Shown here one piece after another: positions 17,284-26,568 of a DNA stretch of 27,814 nt. The DNA comes from Candidatus Bathyarchaeia archaeon (GTDB lineage Archaea > Thermoproteota > Bathyarchaeia > Bathyarchaeales > Bathycorpusculaceae). The stretch covers positions 1 to 27,814 of the forward strand of contig JBEKWR010000026.1 of the NCBI GenBank assembly GCA_049512935.1, given 5' to 3'. Every line of letters starts with the position of its first letter. The stretch's first letter is position 1. The notes under the pieces were generated by a model. That model was not told the DNA's origin. It saw nothing but the letters and a program-made list of their open reading frames with translations, and did no database searches. The position numbers and the translations under genes were made by a program.

Positions 17284-18948
17284 ATGAGCGAAAAGAAGGT
17301 TGTTAGTCGAAAAATTGTTTTGGCAATGGTAGTTCTGTTTATCCTTTTATTAATAGTTCTGAGCGACGTTTTGCAAAGCCAGAATGCGACGGTTCAAAGT
17401 TTAGTGTCGTCTAAAAACTCCACTATCGATACTTTAAACTCTGAAATCAGTTCCCTAAAGGCTGAAAGCGCAACGCTTCAAGGTCAAGTTTCAACAGAGA
17501 ACGCTTCTATAACGAGTATTGACGATCAGCTTAAAACTGAAAAGAGTGAATCCGCTGTTCAGAGCGCCTCAGACCAGTCTTCGTTATCGGCAGCTGAAGC
17601 GGCAGAGTCGAAAGATGAGTCGCAGGTTATCTCTTTGACCTCTCAAGTGGCGGTCTTGCAAAACCAGATTTCCTCGTTAACCCAGAACTATTTTAGCATA
17701 GTTCAAATCTCGGACACTCAATACTTGAGTGAAGCGCTTCCAAGCCTGTATGATGGATTGACCAGCTGGATCGCAAGCAACAGTCAAGCGCTGAATCTCT
17801 CGATGGTTGTTCACACAGGGGACATAGTTAATGATGCTAATGTTTCAGCTGAATGGGTGAACGCCAATGCCGCCATGATGACTCTTTACAACGACGGCGT
17901 TCCTTACTGTTGGGACGCGGGAAACCATGATCAAATAGGCACCGATGGAGTGAGCGACGGAAACGTCAACGGCACGTACATTGGTGGAAACTACCCTGCC
18001 TTCAACGTTACAATTATGCGGCAGGAGCCTTACTGGGTCGGAGACATCTTCAGCGGCGCAAGCACGGCTGTTAAGTTTAGTTTCGGCAACTACCGTTTCA
18101 TGGTCGTCAACGTTGAGTACGACGCTAACCAGACTGTCCTGAACTGGATGGAAAGTCTGTTGGCGGCGAACCCGAACGTCAACGTGATCGTGGCAACGCA
18201 TAATTTTCTTAACGGGGCTGGAACTTACGGCACCCTTGCTGCTTACGATGTAACTTGGGCGACAAACTTTGAAAAGATACTGAACAACTACCCGAACGTG
18301 TTCATGACCCTAAACGGGCACGACTACGGGGAAGGAGGCACAGCAGACAACCTCAGAGTTGGGAACAGAGAAGAGGTTTTCTTCAACCGTCAAGAAGTGG
18401 ATAACCAGATGGGCGCCGCTACCGCGCGGATCTACACTTTTGACATGAGCAGCCCGTCAAGCTGCGTCGTAACCGTCTCTACGTACCAGACTTATAACAC
18501 GCCTCAGTACATAGATGACCCATCGGACGAGTTCAGCTTTTCAACGAGCCTTGCTGCCTACTCGCCTACCAACGCAAGCATCCCGATGGGCACCTCTTTT
18601 CGGGGAGCAAGCGGTTACAGCGTGAGTTTAGGAGCCGCTGCAACGCTGCAAAGTTTCAGCCAGTACGGCGACGCACTTACATTTAACGGCTTAACCATGA
18701 ACGGTGCGGTTTCAAACTTCACCGTGACTTCAGTGGGCGCCAACATCGTCATAAACAGCTTTAACGCTACGCAAATAGCCTATACGGTTAGCGGAGGCGG
18801 CGGCAGCCAAGCTTTCACTGTGAAAACAGCTCCCACATCCGTGGAAATTGACGGAGCCGTAGTTGCAAGCGGCGACGGCTGGAACTACTTGAATGGTGAG
18901 GTCACCGTTACAGGCGCTACCGCCTCAGTTACGATAAACCTAACCTAA
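17284..18948 (+). CDS. Membrane-anchored coiled-coil plus calcineurin-like metallophosphoesterase plus C-terminal beta domain
   Basis: ISDTQ, HTGDIV, AGNHD, ATH, LNGH motifs; N-terminal TM and stalk homologous to the upstream gene. Confidence 0.88.
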   Translation: MSEKKVVSRKIVLAMVVLFILLLIVLSDVLQSQNATVQSLVSSKNSTIDTLNSEISSLKAESATLQGQVSTENASITSIDDQLKTEKSESAVQSASDQSSLSAAEAAESKDESQVISLTSQVAVLQNQISSLTQNYFSIVQISDTQYLSEALPSLYDGLTSWIASNSQALNLSMVVHTGDIVNDANVSAEWVNANAAMMTLYNDGVPYCWDAGNHDQIGTDGVSDGNVNGTYIGGNYPAFNVTIMRQEPYWVGDIFSGASTAVKFSFGNYRFMVVNVEYDANQTVLNWMESLLAANPNVNVIVATHNFLNGAGTYGTLAAYDVTWATNFEKILNNYPNVFMTLNGHDYGEGGTADNLRVGNREEVFFNRQEVDNQMGAATARIYTFDMSSPSSCVVTVSTYQTYNTPQYIDDPSDEFSFSTSLAAYSPTNASIPMGTSFRGASGYSVSLGAAATLQSFSQYGDALTFNGLTMNGAVSNFTVTSVGANIVINSFNATQIAYTVSGGGGSQAFTVKTAPTSVEIDGAVVASGDGWNYLNGEVTVTGATASVTINLT

Positions 18949-19091
18949 AATTGAAGCAGAAACTCGCAGATCTGATAATTTCGATCGTTTTTCACGCAAT
19001 GGAAAAAACCGTGTGCAGTAAAGTCGGCAGACGCCAATTTTTTCAGGGGAAAATCCTTAAAACTTAAAAAGGGCATGAGCGCCTTAAGGTT

Positions 19092-21053
19092 ATGCCAAAA
19101 TCTATTCTTTCACGTTCGGCACTTACCAAAATCCAAACACTTATTCTTGTAACTATTTTACTGATCGCAGCGGCAGACGCTGTAGCCTACCTCTATGAAA
19201 ACAATTATTTTGGAGCAGAGCAGGGCGTTCAACAGGCTGCTTCACCGACCCCCACGCCAATTCCAACCGCGCCTGTGGCAACCGCGGCTCCTCCGCCTAC
19301 CGCCTTGCCGACTTCACTTAGAGTTTCCGACTTGTTTGTAAACCCGATCGAAGCATGGCCTAACCAGACCATCAGCGCAACCGTTAAAGTCACCAATGCT
19401 GGAAGCGGAAACGTCAGTTACGAGTTTCCTTTCTCGGTAAACGGCAAAATTGTGCAGGAAGTTCCAGTTCAGCTTGGCGCACAAGCCATTGAAAACGTGA
19501 CTGGAACGTTTAGCGAGAGCAGCCTTGGAAGTTACCAGTTAAATGCTGGCGGGCAAGCCATCACGTTCACTGTTGTCACGGCTGGCATGCACACTTTGAA
19601 CGTTATTTTGAATAAGATTGGTATCAGCTTCACTTTGGACGGAAAAACCGAATCTACACCGTACACGGCGCTTGTAACTGTTGGACCTCACTCGCTTACT
19701 GTTCCTGCTTCGGTTCAGCTTGAAAATGGCATGTGGGGTCTCTGTACGTTCACGTTTACAGGATGGGACGATGGAACCCTGAGCACAACCAGAACGGTGA
19801 ACGTGCAGGGCGAAATTTACGTGGCAGGCACTTTCATTAGAACTTCGCCCACTTCATGTCCTGAGCTGTACACGTGGAACGGCACAGGTTACAACTACGC
19901 CTCAGACGTTAACGACGGCACAGGCTGGCTTGGGTTCCTGGAGTACTTCAATCCGGACGGCTCAATGCTTTTCTCCTACAACTATCCCTACGATTATATA
20001 AAATTAGATTCAGCCCAGCTTCAGCCGCTCAACGGGTTCTACAACGTGAACGTAGAAGAGGATACTAACGAAATATTCTATTTAGACTCAGTGCAGCTGC
20101 TAGCCGTGGATCACCCGGCAAACGTGAATGTTTTCTCGACGAAAAGCACGTTCGTCTACGACCTTAGCGATCAAGGAACAATTTACACTGTCAGCGATAA
20201 TTTGGCGTCTCCTGTTTCCGCGGTTAACGGCACGGGGCAAAATGTTCTTCCGTTAATCTCCAAGGTTGACAACGACTTCACGACCGCAAACAGGTGGCAA
20301 TGGAACAACCTGACGCTTAACCTCGGCAACTTGGCAGGCGCAAAAAACATTGACCTTGTGGTCGCAGCCCGAATTAACTGGCCAAGCACCGCGGCTGGAG
20401 GCGAGAACTTCATGAGTTACGCCAACAAGCCAGGAGTTATGCCTTCGCCGCCGCCCTACATGCAGGTGATGGCTGCAAACGGAAGCTGGGTTAACGTTCC
20501 TGAAAACCGAGAGTTCCCCATTCCCGCCACGACGGACCAAACGTTTGTGGTCAACTTAACAGGCTTGTTCCCGACTAACAATTTCATGTTGCGCATCAAC
20601 TATTACCAGGACATAGAGTTCGACTACATTGGCATCGACACGTCGCCACAGCAGAACATCAACGTTTACCCGGTTTCGCCTTCGAGCGCTGACTTGACGC
20701 AGGCGTATGTTCCCAACTCAACCAGTTCAGGAGCCTTCACAAGATACGGCGATGTAACATCGCTGGTTCAGTCTGCTGATAACGAGTTCGTTATTGGGCG
20801 GCAAGGTGACGTGGTGTCAATCCAGTTCCCCGCGGCGAGTCTGCCTCCTGTTCCGCAAGGGTGGGTGAGAGACTACATACTGGTTGCAAACTGCTGGTTC
20901 AAAGGCCAAGGGTTGCCATACGTGCCGTTTACTGTGAACCCGCTTCCGTTCCAAGCGATGACAAGCTTCCCGTATCCGTCAAGCGAATCCTACCCCTACG
21001 ACGCTGCACACGAAGCTTACCTGCAAACCTACAACACAAGAATAATCAATTAA
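19092..21053 (+). CDS. Secreted protein: Pro/Thr linker, CARDB-like Ig domain, and a large C-terminal domain like that of bacterial ASPIC/UnbV-associated proteins
   Basis: VKVTNAG CARDB-like segment; SCPELYTWNG, EIFYLD..QLLAVDHP, TRYGDV, GWVRDY, PLPFQAM..FPYP..E.YP, YNTR. Confidence 0.75.
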   Translation: MPKSILSRSALTKIQTLILVTILLIAAADAVAYLYENNYFGAEQGVQQAASPTPTPIPTAPVATAAPPPTALPTSLRVSDLFVNPIEAWPNQTISATVKVTNAGSGNVSYEFPFSVNGKIVQEVPVQLGAQAIENVTGTFSESSLGSYQLNAGGQAITFTVVTAGMHTLNVILNKIGISFTLDGKTESTPYTALVTVGPHSLTVPASVQLENGMWGLCTFTFTGWDDGTLSTTRTVNVQGEIYVAGTFIRTSPTSCPELYTWNGTGYNYASDVNDGTGWLGFLEYFNPDGSMLFSYNYPYDYIKLDSAQLQPLNGFYNVNVEEDTNEIFYLDSVQLLAVDHPANVNVFSTKSTFVYDLSDQGTIYTVSDNLASPVSAVNGTGQNVLPLISKVDNDFTTANRWQWNNLTLNLGNLAGAKNIDLVVAARINWPSTAAGGENFMSYANKPGVMPSPPPYMQVMAANGSWVNVPENREFPIPATTDQTFVVNLTGLFPTNNFMLRINYYQDIEFDYIGIDTSPQQNINVYPVSPSSADLTQAYVPNSTSSGAFTRYGDVTSLVQSADNEFVIGRQGDVVSIQFPAASLPPVPQGWVRDYILVANCWFKGQGLPYVPFTVNPLPFQAMTSFPYPSSESYPYDAAHEAYLQTYNTRIIN

Positions 21054-21295
21054 CAACAGGTGAGTTGATCACTTAGAGACGACAGTCGGCTACTGAAAAT
21101 TACTGGCTGTGTCTATCTGGCTTAGGTGCGGAAGGAATCCAGCTTTGAAAGTTGAGTCACCGTTGCCTTTCTCCGCTTTTTTCTAGTCTGCCAGATGTCT
21201 GCTTGGATTAGGGGCGTTGAAAACTTGTAGAAACTCATGCAGCTATTGACCTATTCCAATGTTAATTCTTGCGTTAATCCTCATCTCGATAAGCC

Positions 21296-21374
21296 TTTTA
21301 AGCAATTTGGACGCAACAGGGGAGACTATGAACAATAAGCGTACGCGCTTTTGTTCAAAAAAACTTAAAAGGAG
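21296..21374 (+). promoter_or_regulatory. TATA box, leader hairpin (21329-21357) and SD of paralog 3
   Basis: TTTTAAG; TGAACAATAAGCG-tacg-CGCTTTTGTTCA; AAGGAG at 21369-21374. Confidence 0.7.
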
Positions 21375-21384
21375 AAGAAAAAAT

Positions 21385-24069
21385 ACGCAAAAACCTAAAG
21401 GAAAAATACTAGCCATTATGATCGCTTTAATTCTAGCAATATCAATGAGTGGAGCACTTATCACGGTCAGCGCACACACACCACCGTGGACTATAATATC
21501 CTACGCTTTCATGAGCGCAACTCCTAGCCCAGTCGGTGTCGGTCAAACCATCAACGTTTACATGTGGGTAGACCACCCGATGCTAGGCGCGACGATCGTC
21601 CCCGGCCAAGCAAACAGCGTCCGACGCCAAGGCTACCAGCTAACCATCACAGCCCCAGACGGAAAAGTCACAACACAAACCTGGGCCGATACTTGGGACC
21701 CAACAGGCTTCCAAGGATACCAAATGACCCCTACTGAAGTTGGCACCTACACGTTCGAATTTAACTATCCAGGGCAAACCTACACTTGGGGCGCAAGCAC
21801 ACCTGGCGCAAACACGGCTTACACAGGAGACGTTTTCACAGCAGCAAGCTACGGCCCGATAAATGTAACTGTAACACAAGCGCAACTTCCACTGAATCCG
21901 GTTCCCCCATTGCCAACAGCATACTGGACATACCCAATCAACGGAATCAACTGGAACTGGTACACCGTCGCTTCTAACTGGCTTGAAGGACCCTACACAC
22001 CTTCCTTCGGCAGCCACACTGGTGCCATGCCCGCGTATCCAGATGGTGCATCGCCATCTACCGCGCACATGATGTGGACAGAACCCATTCAGTGGGGTGG
22101 AACCGTCGGCGGAAACGAGAGCACTACTCCTGGTGAAGGATTCTATCAAGGCGGCTCATACAACATCAGATTCAGCAACCCAATCGTAATGTGCGGCTAT
22201 CTCTACTTCCAACTGCCCTACGGTGAAGCAGGCTCAGGCGGAAACTACGTCGCATGGAACATAATGACAGGACAACAAATCTGGAGCATAAACGCGTCAG
22301 CAACAGGCGTCTCACTCGTACCATCATTCGGCTACATACCATCAATGGACCAGCCAAACCAAGACGGAATGCTACCTAACGGCGCACTAGTCGCAACACA
22401 ATCAGTCACAGGTCTAGGCACAGTTTGGCGGTTCTACGATCCAGCGACAGGCATTCTCACACCTATGAACGTAACCAACGTTCCAGGCGGAGACAACATG
22501 GCAGGCCCAAGAGGCGAATACCTGAAGATCATCCTCACCAACTACGGAACTGCTTCAGCCCCCAACTACTACTTGCAAGAGTGGAACTCATCTAAAGTCT
22601 TCGGCGTCTACGCAGGCACAGGAACCAGCGGATGGTACACAGGCACAGAAAACGCAAGCTTACCAACAGCATACGACTGGAACATATCAGTACCTTTGAA
22701 GTGGAGTCCAGGCGACGTTGGATGGAGCATTGCCGGAGGCGGCAGCGAGCCAATGATTGTTTTGGATGACTATGCAACTTTCGTTCAAGGAAGCTTCGGA
22801 GGTCACGTCAACTCCATGGCAGTCCAACCGCAAACCTACATGGCAAACATGACACAAGTAAGCCTAAAGATGAGTGCAAATGAAATTCCATCCGGAACCG
22901 TAAACTGGTGGAACACGTATCCGCAAGCACCAGAAAACCTCAGCCGAGTAATCGCCGCATGGGATCCGCAATCAGGAGTCTTCATCTTCTGGGACCAAGA
23001 AGCTATGGATCAGTACGGCTACAGCCTTAGCACTGGAAACTACATATGGGGCCCAACTGTCGCTCCAACCACCAATAACAACGCTTGGCTATACACAGGC
23101 GACGGCGGATCACAAGAAAACGTTTACAACGGCAACCTCTACTGGACTGGCTACAACGGAGCCACCTACTGCATAAGCGACAAGACAGGCGCACTCCTAT
23201 GGAGCTTCGGTGACAGCACCAACCCGAACAACAGCACATATGACGCGTGGGTACCCTATGGAAACGTTCCCACGTTCATCGACACAATCATGAACGACCA
23301 AGTCTACCTGACCAGCAGCGAACACTCTCCAATGAACCCGCTATACCCAGGATACAAAATATTCGATGTCAACGCCACCACTGGACTGCTAATATGGTCT
23401 ATGCCTTGCTACGGTAACCTCATGTACGGAGGCAACATCGCCATCGCAAGCGGCTTCGCATTAGTCGACAACACATTTGACCAGCAAATTGACAGCTACG
23501 GCACAGGACCCAGCCAAACAACAGTCTCCGCGCCACAACTTGCAGGAACCGTGGGTGTACCCCTAGTAATAAGGGGAACAGTCATGGACATATCCGCAGG
23601 AACAACGCAACCTCAACAAGCAAAAGACTTTCCAAACGGAGTCCCATGCAGCTCACTTGCAAGCATGACCCCGTGGATGGAGTATGTTTACATGCAGCAG
23701 CCAGAACCAACCACCTTCAGAGGCGTACCAGTCACGGTCAGCGTAACAGACTCTAACGGAAACTGCAGAGTAATCGGCACAGCAACAACCAACTCCTACG
23801 GTATGTTCAGTTTATCGTGGGCACCTGACATTGCAGGCAACTTCACCGTCGTTGCATCATTCGCAGGTATTACAGGAGCATACTATGGATCTTCAGCATC
23901 AACAACCTTCTACGCCCAGTCAGCGGCACCAACACCAGCACCAACAGCCACACCATTAGCAAACCTGGTTAACACATCAGAGCTTACAATGTACATCGCA
24001 GTAGCAATCATAGTGATGGTCATAGCACTAGCAGTAGCTACAGTACTAATCCTCAGAAAACGACCATAA
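21385..24069 (+). CDS. PQQ-like beta-propeller surface glycoprotein, paralog 3 (~894 aa from the proposed ACG start)
   Basis: Collinear with paralog 2 over its full length; same signal peptide and C-terminal TM plus RKRP. Confidence 0.9.
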   Translation, partial: TQKPKGKILAIMIALILAISMSGALITVSAHTPPWTIISYAFMSATPSPVGVGQTINVYMWVDHPMLGATIVPGQANSVRRQGYQLTITAPDGKVTTQTWADTWDPTGFQGYQMTPTEVGTYTFEFNYPGQTYTWGASTPGANTAYTGDVFTAASYGPINVTVTQAQLPLNPVPPLPTAYWTYPINGINWNWYTVASNWLEGPYTPSFGSHTGAMPAYPDGASPSTAHMMWTEPIQWGGTVGGNESTTPGEGFYQGGSYNIRFSNPIVMCGYLYFQLPYGEAGSGGNYVAWNIMTGQQIWSINASATGVSLVPSFGYIPSMDQPNQDGMLPNGALVATQSVTGLGTVWRFYDPATGILTPMNVTNVPGGDNMAGPRGEYLKIILTNYGTASAPNYYLQEWNSSKVFGVYAGTGTSGWYTGTENASLPTAYDWNISVPLKWSPGDVGWSIAGGGSEPMIVLDDYATFVQGSFGGHVNSMAVQPQTYMANMTQVSLKMSANEIPSGTVNWWNTYPQAPENLSRVIAAWDPQSGVFIFWDQEAMDQYGYSLSTGNYIWGPTVAPTTNNNAWLYTGDGGSQENVYNGNLYWTGYNGATYCISDKTGALLWSFGDSTNPNNSTYDAWVPYGNVPTFIDTIMNDQVYLTSSEHSPMNPLYPGYKIFDVNATTGLLIWSMPCYGNLMYGGNIAIASGFALVDNTFDQQIDSYGTGPSQTTVSAPQLAGTVGVPLVIRGTVMDISAGTTQPQQAKDFPNGVPCSSLASMTPWMEYVYMQQPEPTTFRGVPVTVSVTDSNGNCRVIGTATTNSYGMFSLSWAPDIAGNFTVVASFAGITGAYYGSSASTTFYAQSAAPTPAPTATPLANLVNTSELTMYIAVAIIVMVIALAVATVLILRKRP

Positions 24070-24115
24070 AAAAAAGGCAACACAAAATCAATCTTCCTTT
24101 CTTTTTTATTTTTAA
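24070..24115 (+). terminator. T-rich terminator of paralog 3
   Basis: TCTTCCTTTCTTTTTTATTTTT. Confidence 0.6.
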
Positions 24116-24192
24116 AATCTCAAAGTAGAAAACAGAGAAGTCTATCGTTAACTAAATAGGGCGCGACATTACAATAGGGGAATAGGCGGAAA

Positions 24193-24762
24193 ATGTTCAA
24201 AGAAGAGATCTTGGAGAACGAAAGACGAAGTAAAATCTATTTTACCCTAAAGAAAAGCCCAGGCCTACACATTCGAGAACTCTCAAGAATAATGGGCATT
24301 CCCGTAGCCAGCCTCCAACATCACCTAATCTACATGGCGCAAAGAAGCGTAATCATCGAGGAAAAAACGGGACACTACACACGATACTACTGTACCCCTC
24401 TTGATGACGCGGACAAAAAGGTCCTTTCAGTTCTCAGACACAAGAGGCTAAGAGAAATCGTAATGATGATCATGCTAAACAAGAAAGCAAAGTACCGTTT
24501 CATTGTTCAATCATTAGAGCTACCGACTTCATCAGTTTCGCTCTATCTGAAATACCTATTTGACAACGGCATCGTTGAAAGAACCAAGATAGGCTACGAA
24601 AACATATACACCTTAAAAAATGAAGAGCGAATCGAAAAAGTTCTATCAGCGTATCAATCAAGCCTGCTCGATGCAATAGTTGATAAGTGGACAAGCACTT
24701 GGCTGGAAAACCGTTCAATTAAACAGAAGAAGAAAGCAAAAAAACCAGAAGAAGAACCTTAA
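24193..24762 (+). CDS. Tandem winged-HTH transcriptional regulator (COG3398-like)
   Basis: RRSKIY..LKKSPGLHIRELSR..SLQHHL..G.YTRYY, then a second HTH LELPTSSVSLYLKYL...GIV. Confidence 0.88.
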   Translation: MFKEEILENERRSKIYFTLKKSPGLHIRELSRIMGIPVASLQHHLIYMAQRSVIIEEKTGHYTRYYCTPLDDADKKVLSVLRHKRLREIVMMIMLNKKAKYRFIVQSLELPTSSVSLYLKYLFDNGIVERTKIGYENIYTLKNEERIEKVLSAYQSSLLDAIVDKWTSTWLENRSIKQKKKAKKPEEEP

Positions 24763-24933
24763 ACCCCAGCCTGCACGCAACTATGAGCCTCCTGTCAACT
24801 ACAACTATGCAGTCAAACTTCGCTTTAACCAAAACTTTTGAATCCCAGAAAAGTCACCAAAGCTTCCTTGACGAACGAGATTGACAACTTAGCTTTTTGT
24901 TCAAAGCGTCTCTCCGTCTTAAAGAGCAGCCTC

Positions 24934-25212
24934 TTAGTCTTTTAGCGTTCCAAGCAGCAGAAAAAGAACGGCTATGGCGTCAATTAGAAGATGTATATTT
25001 TCCGTGAAAGCCGTGTTGTACGCATTATTGTATAGTTCGGGTATGGAGATTATTCCGTGGACGAAGAACAGCCCGAAGCCAATCGTCAACAGTATGGTCT
25101 TTGGTGTTCGGAAATTCTTGAACGATAACAAAGCAATCACGAAGGTGATAGTTGTTACTGTGACAAACACTATGCGAACTATGGCTGCAAAGTCCAACAG
25201 CATAACCAACAC
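24934..25212 (-). CDS. Small three-TM archaeal membrane protein
   Basis: ALLSFKNFRTPKTILLTIGFGLFFV pattern of small membrane proteins often found next to archaeal wHTH regulators. Confidence 0.7.
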   Translation of the reverse strand: MLVMLLDFAAIVRIVFVTVTTITFVIALLSFKNFRTPKTILLTIGFGLFFVHGIISIPELYNNAYNTAFTENIHLLIDAIAVLFLLLGTLKD

Positions 25213-25321
25213 TTTGAATGATACAATCCGATAAATGGGTTAATAAGTTTTTATTAAGAAAACCGCAGATTCTCAGCCTTCATCTTTCTTCGTTACGGTT
25301 TAACAAGGAATAACCGTGAGC

Positions 25322-25663
25322 CTAAGAGTACTCACGGAAGGTGTGACCGCACTTTGTGCACCGCATAAACTGCGTGGACGCTTCGTCGCCGCCCCTAGTC
25401 TGCACTTGCCAAACGTAAACCGTCATGTTCCCGCATTTCTCGCATTCCACGCGAATCGTAGGCATGGTCTTGATTTTTTGCTCTTCCTCGCTTATAACGG
25501 TCATGAACGGTTGAGTCTTAGGCTGGAAAACCTTAACGACTTTTGCTTGGTCCCTGTTGTTTGCCGCTGTTTTGATGTAGCTGCATTTTGTGCAGACAAG
25601 CACTCCCGCGCCTTCGCTTTTTTTGGGTTCAAGCCTGCAACCGCATTCTGGACAAAACTCCAT
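25322..25663 (-). CDS. tfs: Transcription factor S (TFS)
   Basis: MEFCPECG..CTKC; CEKCGN..WQVQTRGGDEASTQFMRCTKCGHTFREY with an intact DE motif. Confidence 0.96.
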   Translation of the reverse strand: MEFCPECGCRLEPKKSEGAGVLVCTKCSYIKTAANNRDQAKVVKVFQPKTQPFMTVISEEEQKIKTMPTIRVECEKCGNMTVYVWQVQTRGGDEASTQFMRCTKCGHTFREYS

Positions 25664-25830
25664 AAATTAACGTTGCCCCACTCAATATTTCTCCATACCT
25701 AATCAGACGATGCGATATAAGGGTTGTTTATGTCAAGTACGCAAATTCTGGCAGACGACGCTGACTCGCCGATAAAATCATAGGAAAGAACGAATAGACT
25801 ATAATATTGCGTTTGTGTGTGCCAGAGTTG

Positions 25831-26487
25831 ATGCGTATGAAACGGGAAGATGCGCCTTTAAGCGAGTGGCAAACAGTTGATCACGCACTCGCGTATCTTG
25901 CACGGGCGGACAAGTTGCCTCATAGAACTGAAGGCGAAGCTGTGCTTCTTCAGCAGATCCCATCAACCGTTAAAAGAGTACTTGACCTGGGAACAGGCAA
26001 CGGCAGGTTACTTTCGCTGGTTAAACTCAGCAACCCAGACGTTGAAGGGGTGGCGCTGGACTTTTCCGAACCCATGCTTAACGAAGCCCGAAAACGATTT
26101 GCAGGAGACAGGCACGTAACCGTAGTAAAGCACGACTTTAGTCTGCCGCTTCCATCTGAGAAGATTGGCTGTTTCGACGCCGTGGTTTCCAGCTTAGCCA
26201 TTCACCATTTAACGCACCCGAGAAAGAAGCAGCTATACAAAGAAGTACTCAGCCTTCTAAATCCACGCGGGGTTTTCTGCAATCTGGAACACGTTTCTTC
26301 ACCGACGCAGAACCTGCACCTCAAGTTTTTGGCTGCAACAGGCTTGACTCCGCAAACCGAGGACCCGTCAAACAAGCTCTTAGACGTTGAAACCCAGCTG
26401 CAGTGGCTGCGGGAAATAGGCTTCGCCGACGTGGACTGCTACTGGAAATGGCTGGAAATTGCCCTTTTGATAGGCGTGAAACCCTAA
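25831..26487 (+). CDS. Class I SAM-dependent methyltransferase
   Basis: [37 protein letters not shown]. Confidence 0.9.
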   Translation: MRMKREDAPLSEWQTVDHALAYLARADKLPHRTEGEAVLLQQIPSTVKRVLDLGTGNGRLLSLVKLSNPDVEGVALDFSEPMLNEARKRFAGDRHVTVVKHDFSLPLPSEKIGCFDAVVSSLAIHHLTHPRKKQLYKEVLSLLNPRGVFCNLEHVSSPTQNLHLKFLAATGLTPQTEDPSNKLLDVETQLQWLREIGFADVDCYWKWLEIALLIGVKP

Positions 26488-26568
26488 ACGCCCAATCGCG
26501 TTTCGGCGCTAATTTACCAACAAGGATAATTAACCCGTTTCACAACCATTTCTCAGAGGTTTCATAGA

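Noticed and set aside
24790-24890. Repeated GTCAA/TTGAC words
   Set aside because: They lie between convergent gene ends with irregular spacing and could be chance.
25322-25663. Inhibitory TFS paralog (TFS4-like)
   Set aside because: The catalytic DE dipeptide is intact, consistent with canonical TFS.
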